Shown one piece after another: positions 58,383-64,000 of a DNA stretch of 64,000 nt; positions within the stretch are counted from its first letter, which is position 1; every line of letters begins with the position of its first letter. The position numbers and the translations under genes were made by a program. The stretch is from Polyangiales bacterium. GTDB lineage: Bacteria > Myxococcota_A > Polyangia > Polyangiales > Ga0077539. The stretch covers positions 128,001 to 192,000 of the forward strand of contig JBGARZ010000016.1 of assembly GCA_044229975.1 (NCBI GenBank). The letters are read 5' to 3'. Below the pieces are notes generated by a model. The model searched no databases. It was not told the origin of the DNA and saw only the letters and a program-made list of their open reading frames with translations.

Positions 58383-59744
58383 TCAGTTCGCCGCCGCCGC
58401 GCCCTCGACGCGCGCCTTCGCGCCGAGCGGGATCGTCGCGCGCACCAGCGTCCCCCCCGTCGATGCGGCGGTGACCGAAAGCTCGCCCCCGAGGCTCGAG
58501 ACCCGCTCGCGCATCCCCACCACGCCTCGCCCCGGGCGGATGGGGCCGTGCTCGTCCGTCGCCCCGTCGTCGGCGATCTCCAGCGTGAGCGCGTCGCCTC
58601 GGCGCTCGAGCGACACCGACACGCTCGTAGCGCGGGCGTGTCGCGCGACGTTGTTGAGCGACTCCTGCGCGACGCGAAACGCCACCAGGCCCACCTGGGC
58701 GTCGGGCTCGGCGCCGAGGTCCACCGCCACCGCCACCGCGCACGCGGTGCGCTCGCGGTGGTGGCGGCCCAGCCAGTGGATCGCGCACTCCAGGCCCTCC
58801 TCGTCGAGGATGCGGGGGCGCAGCGACTCCAGGATCGCCCGCACGCTCCCGTGTGATCGCTCGATGGCCCCGGCCATGCGCTGGAGCCCCCCGAGCTGCC
58901 GCTCGTCGCGGGTGTACGCGCGCATCGCCTCGACCTCCAGCCGCAGGGCCGTGATCTCCTGGCCGAGGTCGTCGTGGAGCTCGTGCGCGAGGCGCCGCCG
59001 CTCGACCTCGAGCACCTCGTCGAGGCGCATCGCGAAGCTTCGGATCTCGCTGGTCTGGGCCTCGACGCGAGAGCCGAGCTCGGCGTTGAAGCGCTCGAGC
59101 TCTCGCCGCAGCCGGAGCTCGTTGACCAGGGACTCCCGCTGAATGCGCGCGACGATCACGGCGAGGAGGGTGAACATGAACACCAGGACCACGTTGTGGT
59201 TGCGAAGCAGGGGCGAGGTCTGCACCGCTACGATGCCCGCCGCGAGAACGGCGCTGTTGGCCACGGCCACGCCGTAGAACCACGTTGCCGGAAAGCGGAT
59301 CGCGAACGGCGTCGCGAGCAGTAGTGGGGGGTACTGCCCCAGGTTGCCGTGGAGGGCCTGGGCGTTGATCGCCAACAGCGCGACGTGCGACAGCGCGATG
59401 AGGTTGATGATCGGGCCGATGCGGTCGGCGACGGCGCGCGCGGGGCCGCGGTTGATCGCCGCGCACAACAGCGCGACCGTGTACCCGATGGTGGCGGCCC
59501 CCAGGAGGATCACGGCGCCGTGCCGCCAGGCCCGCTCGAGCTCCGTGGTGACCGCGATGCGCGCGTAGAACAACGTGAGGCCCGTATGCAGCGCCAGCAC
59601 CACCGGGCCCCAGGCTCGGGCGCGCCTGAGGTTGATCGCGCGGTCCTGTTGGGCGAGCTCGGCGCGGGCCCCGGCGTCGAGCGCCCGCTCGGGGTTGAGC
59701 AGGAGGAGGAGGCGTTCGAGTCCCATGTCGAGGCGCCCGGTCAC
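58383..59744 (-). CDS. Membrane sensor histidine kinase (HisKA_3 / NarQ-UhpB type)
   Basis: Several TM helices, 'ERRRLAHELHDDLGQ', 'QESLNNVARHA', 'IADDG', 'GVVGMRER'. GTG at 59744 follows a -10 hexamer; alternative starts are 59765 and 59726. Confidence 0.92.
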   Translation of the reverse strand: MTGRLDMGLERLLLLLNPERALDAGARAELAQQDRAINLRRARAWGPVVLALHTGLTLFYARIAVTTELERAWRHGAVILLGAATIGYTVALLCAAINRGPARAVADRIGPIINLIALSHVALLAINAQALHGNLGQYPPLLLATPFAIRFPATWFYGVAVANSAVLAAGIVAVQTSPLLRNHNVVLVFMFTLLAVIVARIQRESLVNELRLRRELERFNAELGSRVEAQTSEIRSFAMRLDEVLEVERRRLAHELHDDLGQEITALRLEVEAMRAYTRDERQLGGLQRMAGAIERSHGSVRAILESLRPRILDEEGLECAIHWLGRHHRERTACAVAVAVDLGAEPDAQVGLVAFRVAQESLNNVARHARATSVSVSLERRGDALTLEIADDGATDEHGPIRPGRGVVGMRERVSSLGGELSVTAASTGGTLVRATIPLGAKARVEGAAAAN

Positions 59745-59825
59745 GGCCGCGATGTTAGACCACATCTAGCGCGGTACCCCGGAAGGGTGGCGCCGTTGGC
59801 CCTCCAGCGTCGGGAGGGGTCAGCT

Positions 59826-60422
59826 CTAGGCGCCGGTGATTCCATGGCGTGCAGCGTACTGGGCTACGTCGAAGGTCGAGCGGACGCCGAGCTTCTCGCG
59901 CACGGCCTTCAGGTGTGTGCTCACCGTGCTCGGGGCCATCTCGAGATCCCAGGCGATCTCCGACGGGGTGAGGCCGCGGGCGAGGGCGAGGAACACCTCC
60001 CGCTCGCGCGCAGAGAGGCGCTCGTGGGGGAGCTTCGCCGCGGGGCCCTCGTGGGGCTCCGTCGCGCGCGTGTCGAGCACGGCGTCGCGCAGCGCCGCGA
60101 GCGGCTCGGACTTCGAGACGTACGCCGACGCCCCCGCCGCGAGGGCCCACGCGGCGTACTCCTCCGCGGGGTACATCGAGTAGATCACCACCCGCAGTCT
60201 GGGCTGCTGCGCGCGCACGTCGCGCAGGAGGTCGGTGCCTGAGCGCCCCGGGAGCGACAGGTCGAGCACCAGCACGTCCCACTCGCTCCGCGCGGCGAGT
60301 TCGAGCACCGCGAGGCCGTCGCCCACGGAGCCAGCCCACGACAGCTCCGGGATGGTGTCGAACCACGCGTGCAGCCCCTCGCACACGATGGCGTGGTCGT
60401 CGGCGACGAACACCCGGATCAT
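59826..60422 (-). CDS. NarL/LuxR-family response regulator
   Basis: 'ADDH', 'LDLSLPG', 'LSAREREV', HTH 'STVSTHLKAVREKLG'. Confidence 0.93.
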   Translation of the reverse strand: MIRVFVADDHAIVCEGLHAWFDTIPELSWAGSVGDGLAVLELAARSEWDVLVLDLSLPGRSGTDLLRDVRAQQPRLRVVIYSMYPAEEYAAWALAAGASAYVSKSEPLAALRDAVLDTRATEPHEGPAAKLPHERLSAREREVFLALARGLTPSEIAWDLEMAPSTVSTHLKAVREKLGVRSTFDVAQYAARHGITGA

Positions 60423-60685
60423 CCGGCGCTCCGCGTCGGGAGCGCCACCGACAACCGGGTGCCCGCCGGCACGACCCCGTCATCGTCGAGCATGCGCGGG
60501 CGCAGCGACTCCATCTCCAGGCGCATGGCGGTGAGCTCCTGGCCGAGGTTGTCCTGGAGGTCGCGGGGCCAGAGCGCGACGGTGAGCGCGTCGCCCGCGA
60601 GGCACACGGTGCGGGAGAGCGCCCGGCTCTGCGCGTCGGCGACCGTCGCGAAGTCGTCCGGGGCGCTGGCTTCGTGGTGGGGCAT
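60419..60685 (-). pseudogene. Internally deleted histidine kinase remnant
   Basis: 'DLQDNLGQELTAMRLEME-SLRPRMLDDDG..GTRLSVALP' matches three separate pieces of the HisKA_3 kinase at 58383; its stop overlaps the response regulator ATG. Confidence 0.75.
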
Positions 60686-60761
60686 CGGCTCGTGGGGGAT
60701 TGGGGTGTAGATCCCGCGAATCCTCGACCGCTGTCAACGCGGGCCGGGGAGTCGCCGTCGA

Positions 60762-61067
60762 TCACATGGTGGGCGCGGGCACCGCGAAGGTGGGGAGCGC
60801 GCGGGTGGTGGCGGTGATGGTCAAGGTGGTCATCTGCCCGACGGTGCTCATCGGCGCGTAGCCCGCCTCGTTGCTGCCGACCACGAGGCCCTGCACGTCG
60901 CCGCTAAGCATGGCCTGGTTCAGTCGCGAGGTGAACTGGTTCCCGTCGACGTCCGAGAGCACGGAGGTGATGATCACGGGCTCGCTGAAGCGCACCCGCG
61001 CGATGAGTCCCCAGTAGACCGTGCCGTCCCCCCGCGGCGGGAGGTGCGCGAAGGCCGGAGCGGTCAT
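60762..61067 (-). CDS. Small hypothetical protein or gene fragment
   Basis: 101-aa ORF with coding-like composition directly downstream of the Uma2 3' part. Confidence 0.45.
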   Translation of the reverse strand: MTAPAFAHLPPRGDGTVYWGLIARVRFSEPVIITSVLSDVDGNQFTSRLNQAMLSGDVQGLVVGSNEAGYAPMSTVGQMTTLTITATTRALPTFAVPAPTM

Positions 61068-61078
61068 CGGCGCGAGGC

Positions 61079-61470
61079 TCAGCCGGTGCGACCGGTGAGC
61101 GCCTCAAGCCGCGTGCGTAGCTGGGCCACCTCGGCTTGGGCCGCCTCCTTCGCCGCGCGTTCGGTCTCCTTCGCCGCGCGCTCCTCCTCCGCCACCGTCA
61201 ACCACAGCCTCTCGCCCGCCTCATCGTCGGCGATGCGCAGCCGCTGGCCTTCGTCGGTTACCACCAGCCACGCGCCGAGCTCTTCCGAGTACGCCGGACC
61301 GTCGCCCGTGTACTCCAGCCGAAACTCCTCCGTTCGCGTGCGACGCCACACCTGCAACGCCCACGGCCCGCCCATCACCCCACGGCCACGCCGCTCGGGG
61401 TCGAAGATCCACAGCTCCCGCGTGCCGCTCGCGGCGTACTTCAGCGGGCCCTCGTTGTAGTCCTTCTTCG
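61079..61470 (-). pseudogene. Uma2-family endonuclease, 3' part with coiled-coil tail, lacking the N-terminus
   Basis: 'KKDYNEGPLKY...DEGQRLRIADDEAGERLWLTVAEEERAAKE...LEALTGRTG*'. Confidence 0.85.
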
Positions 61471-61474
61471 GCTC

Positions 61475-61606
61475 ATAGGAGATCCAACGGGGGAGCCTTG
61501 CTGGCACGGATCCACCGGAGCTTACAGATCGCCCAGACCGCGAAGTACAACTCGGGCGGACGACGTGTACCGAGCTCCCGTTGCCCCCGCTGGAGAGCTC
61601 GCTGGC
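61475..61606. repeat. Right copy of the outer direct repeat
   Basis: Matches 55181-55312 at an offset of 6294 bp. Confidence 0.9.
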
Positions 61607-61742
61607 GAGGTCAGCGTCGTCGTGCAGTGATCGCGTAAGGTCAGCAGGCGATGGTTCGGCCGACGGCTCGTCCTTCGCGGGCGACAGACCGAGGATCACG
61701 AACTGGTCGGAGCGCTTCGGCAGAAGGCTAAGGAGAACAAGC

Positions 61743-62351
61743 ATGATCGCAGCTGATTGGGTCGCACGGCTCCGTGCGTACGTCGCCGAACGGAACCTCG
61801 CGCGCCCGGCTCTCGACGACAACGCGCTCAACGCCCTGGAGCGCTGGCAGTACCGGATCCACGGCGGGTTCATGCAGACGTGGCTGCGGAAGCACGGCCC
61901 GCAGATGCTCAACGAGCGCGCGGCCTTCGCCGAGCTGCAACGGCGCGTCTCCCCCAATCCCGTCGTCGTTGCGCACGGCGACGTCCCCTTCGCGGTGGCG
62001 ATGCGCGTCCTCGTCGGGGACGCCGGCCTGCGCGGCGAAGGGCGCGTGGTCGTCCTCCTCGACGACGAGTACGAGCGGTTCATGGCGGCGAACCCCGAGG
62101 CGGGCGCCGACGACGATCGCGAGTTCGACTTCCACGTGTCGACGTGGTCGCGGTTTGCGCCAGCTCCTCCGGCTCTGCTCGAACGGGCGCGTGAGCTTGG
62201 CAAGGCCATCGACCCGTCGGGCGCGTACCTGAATCACGTCAACGGCACGCTGTGGGCACCGCGCTGCGGGTTGCAGGTCGAGAACCTCTGGTCGTGGAAC
62301 GGCACCGAAATGCACCTCATCGAGGAGGGCATTGCGCACGTTCGCTACTAG
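61743..62351 (+). CDS. Hypothetical protein
   Basis: AAGGAG ribosome-binding site before the ATG at 61743; globular 202-aa ORF. Confidence 0.7.
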   Translation: MIAADWVARLRAYVAERNLARPALDDNALNALERWQYRIHGGFMQTWLRKHGPQMLNERAAFAELQRRVSPNPVVVAHGDVPFAVAMRVLVGDAGLRGEGRVVVLLDDEYERFMAANPEAGADDDREFDFHVSTWSRFAPAPPALLERARELGKAIDPSGAYLNHVNGTLWAPRCGLQVENLWSWNGTEMHLIEEGIAHVRY

Positions 62352-62373
62352 AGCGGCGGGCGGCCGGACCGCG

Positions 62374-62898
62374 TCACTTCGCCCAGATCCGATAGACGGC
62401 CCGCTCGAAGCGGCCGAACTGCACCCGCACCTGCTCGCCCTCGCGCAGCCGCTCGAACGCCCCGCCGCTCGGGTGCAGCGCCTCGCCCGCCACCGTCGCG
62501 CAGTACATCACACCGCCCTTCCCGGTCGGGATCGTGCGCAGGTCGCTGACCGTTCCCTCGGCGATGCGCCGCGTGATCAGCAGGTCGAGGCCCATTCCCC
62601 CGCCGCTCTTCAGCAGCACCCACGCGAGCCACAGGCCGAAGACCTCCGCCACCACCATCCCCAGCACCGAACCGACCGCCGCGAGGTGACGTCCGTCGCC
62701 CCACCGCCGCGCGATCTCTGCGAAGGGCAATCCCATCACGATCGGAACCGTCGCCCCCGCGAGCAGCACCGCCCCGAAGGGCACCATCATCAGCGCGCCC
62801 ATCACGTCGAAGAACACCCATCCCACGCCGCGCGACCACACGAGCTGCCAGCGGTCATCCGGCGTCGCAGCCTCGCGGTAGCGGTCAGCCTTCTGCAT
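62374..62898 (-). CDS. Hypothetical membrane protein
   Basis: 'MQKADRYRE...' with hydrophobic segments and a small C-terminal beta domain. Confidence 0.65.
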   Translation of the reverse strand: MQKADRYREAATPDDRWQLVWSRGVGWVFFDVMGALMMVPFGAVLLAGATVPIVMGLPFAEIARRWGDGRHLAAVGSVLGMVVAEVFGLWLAWVLLKSGGGMGLDLLITRRIAEGTVSDLRTIPTGKGGVMYCATVAGEALHPSGGAFERLREGEQVRVQFGRFERAVYRIWAK

Positions 62899-62921
62899 CG
62901 GCGCCGACTCTATCCCCAAGC

Positions 62922-64000
62922 TCACATCACGTTGCGTTCGCGGTAGGCATCTTCGAAGTCCTGACTCCAGCCGGGCCGATGTGGCGTCGCGCGGATGCCT
63001 TGCGCGACGCCGAAGTAGAGGTGCGCGAGCATCGCGACCGCGGCGACTTCCCAATGCGGGACGTGCAGGTTGGCCACGTCCGCCAGGCGGACCGCGAGGT
63101 CGTCCACGCAGGCCGTACGGCGCCGGAGCCACGGCGTGAGACTCGCTTCCACCCAGCGGTCGTACTCGACGACTGTGGTCGGGGCGGGCGCCAGATCGTC
63201 GCGTCGCAGACACGCGTCGGAGGCCCGCCGTGCCAGTCGGAACTGCGCCTCCGCGAAGGCCGCCAACCGGATGCGCCCATCGTCGTCCGCGATGTTTCCG
63301 TTGGCGTTGGTGTGGTCGATGCCCGACTCGGTCATCACGTTGAAGGGCGAGACCACGCCCATGGAGCCACCTCGTCGGCGCGCCTCGCGCTCCTCCGCCC
63401 GTACGCGCTCGGCTTCGCGTCGACGCTCCGCGCGAGGGTCCACCATCCCCAGCGCCGCGAACGCGACGGGCCACCGCGCGTCGGCCGCCTCCCAGCTCCG
63501 CGCCGCGCCCCTGAGATCGCCCAGCGCCTCGTACGCGCGGCCGAGCCCCACCAGCGCCCGCGACTGCACCAGCCACTGCGACCGCGCCGGGAACCGCCGC
63601 GCGAGCGCGTCGTACCATTGGCTCGCCTCGGTCCATTGGTGACCCGCTTCGAGCGCGGCGCCCACCGTGAAGGCCGTCTCGACGGCCGCATCGCGCGACG
63701 CGACGAGCTGCCACCGCGCGTCGGCCTGCGCGCGCGACAGCTCGCCCAGCGCGATGCGAAACTCCACCGCCCGCCCCATCGCGACGACCACGCGGTCATC
63801 GGACGAGTGCTCAGCCGCGCGCTCGATGAGCTCGGCGGCGCGGGCGAAGTCGCCGATGGCCTCGTGGTCGGCGGCCAGCGCGAGCTCGTTGTCGAGCGAT
63901 CGGGCGTCGCGGGGACACTCCAGCAGCGAAGTGCGCAGGGCGATCGCGGCGCCGGGCCGGTGGGCCTGCTCGGCGCGGAGGGCGCGTTGGTGGTCCGCCG
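62922..64000 (-). CDS. TPR-repeat protein, 5' end beyond the window edge
   Basis: The frame is open to the window end; TPR-like helices 'ALVGLGRAYEALGDLRGAARSWE'. Confidence 0.7.
   Translation of the reverse strand, partial: ADHQRALRAEQAHRPGAAIALRTSLLECPRDARSLDNELALAADHEAIGDFARAAELIERAAEHSSDDRVVVAMGRAVEFRIALGELSRAQADARWQLVASRDAAVETAFTVGAALEAGHQWTEASQWYDALARRFPARSQWLVQSRALVGLGRAYEALGDLRGAARSWEAADARWPVAFAALGMVDPRAERRREAERVRAEEREARRRGGSMGVVSPFNVMTESGIDHTNANGNIADDDGRIRLAAFAEAQFRLARRASDACLRRDDLAPAPTTVVEYDRWVEASLTPWLRRRTACVDDLAVRLADVANLHVPHWEVAAVAMLAHLYFGVAQGIRATPHRPGWSQDFEDAYRERNVM

Noticed and set aside
55181..61606. Diversity-generating retroelement (TR/VR pair) suggested by the variable-plus-constant repeat
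   Set aside because: Mismatches are not confined to adenines on either strand (many are C/G or C/T), and no reverse transcriptase is present in the window.
61079..62209. 376-aa ORF as a full-length Uma2 fusion protein
   Set aside because: Its N-terminal part is the antisense of the 61743-62351 gene plus repeat DNA; only the last ~130 codons are Uma2-like.
52497..64000. Integron cassette array or prophage in the hypothetical-rich right end
   Set aside because: I found no attC-like RYYYAAC/GTTRRRY inverted pairs between genes, and no integrase or phage structural genes.

Overview
A very GC-rich, gene-dense bacterial window. The gene repertoire (Cys-rich repeat lipoproteins, Asp/Ala/Gly-rich lipoprotein linkers, a Ser/Thr kinase next to a PEGA/TPR protein, sigma54 activators, a Uma2 nuclease) points to a myxobacterium (Myxococcota, Polyangiales-like); this is an inference. 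Core content: a partial complex I operon (nuoE-F-J-K-L-M-N, no nuoGHI), an AlaX-type tRNA editing protein, an NtrC-type regulator, a GAF-GGDEF cyclase, a GAF-PAS-PP2C phosphatase, MlaF/MlaD, a ferritin-like protein with a Fet4-like permease, a diheme cytochrome with a TsdA/SoxA-like motif, many secreted or lipoprotein genes and a LamB-like porin. I found no rRNA, tRNA, CRISPR array, integrase or transposase. The most unusual structure is at about 55.2-61.6 kb. There a Uma2 nuclease gene is split and circularly permuted around 5.9 kb of cargo by a 231-bp direct repeat, and a second direct repeat encloses the whole unit. An intact gene would form only on an excised circle or at a tandem-amplification junction. 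A second, window-wide pattern is a TAnnnT -10 hexamer 6-8 nt before at least ten start codons with no Shine-Dalgarno sequence, which suggests frequent leaderless transcription. All functional calls come from reading motifs by eye, without database searches.
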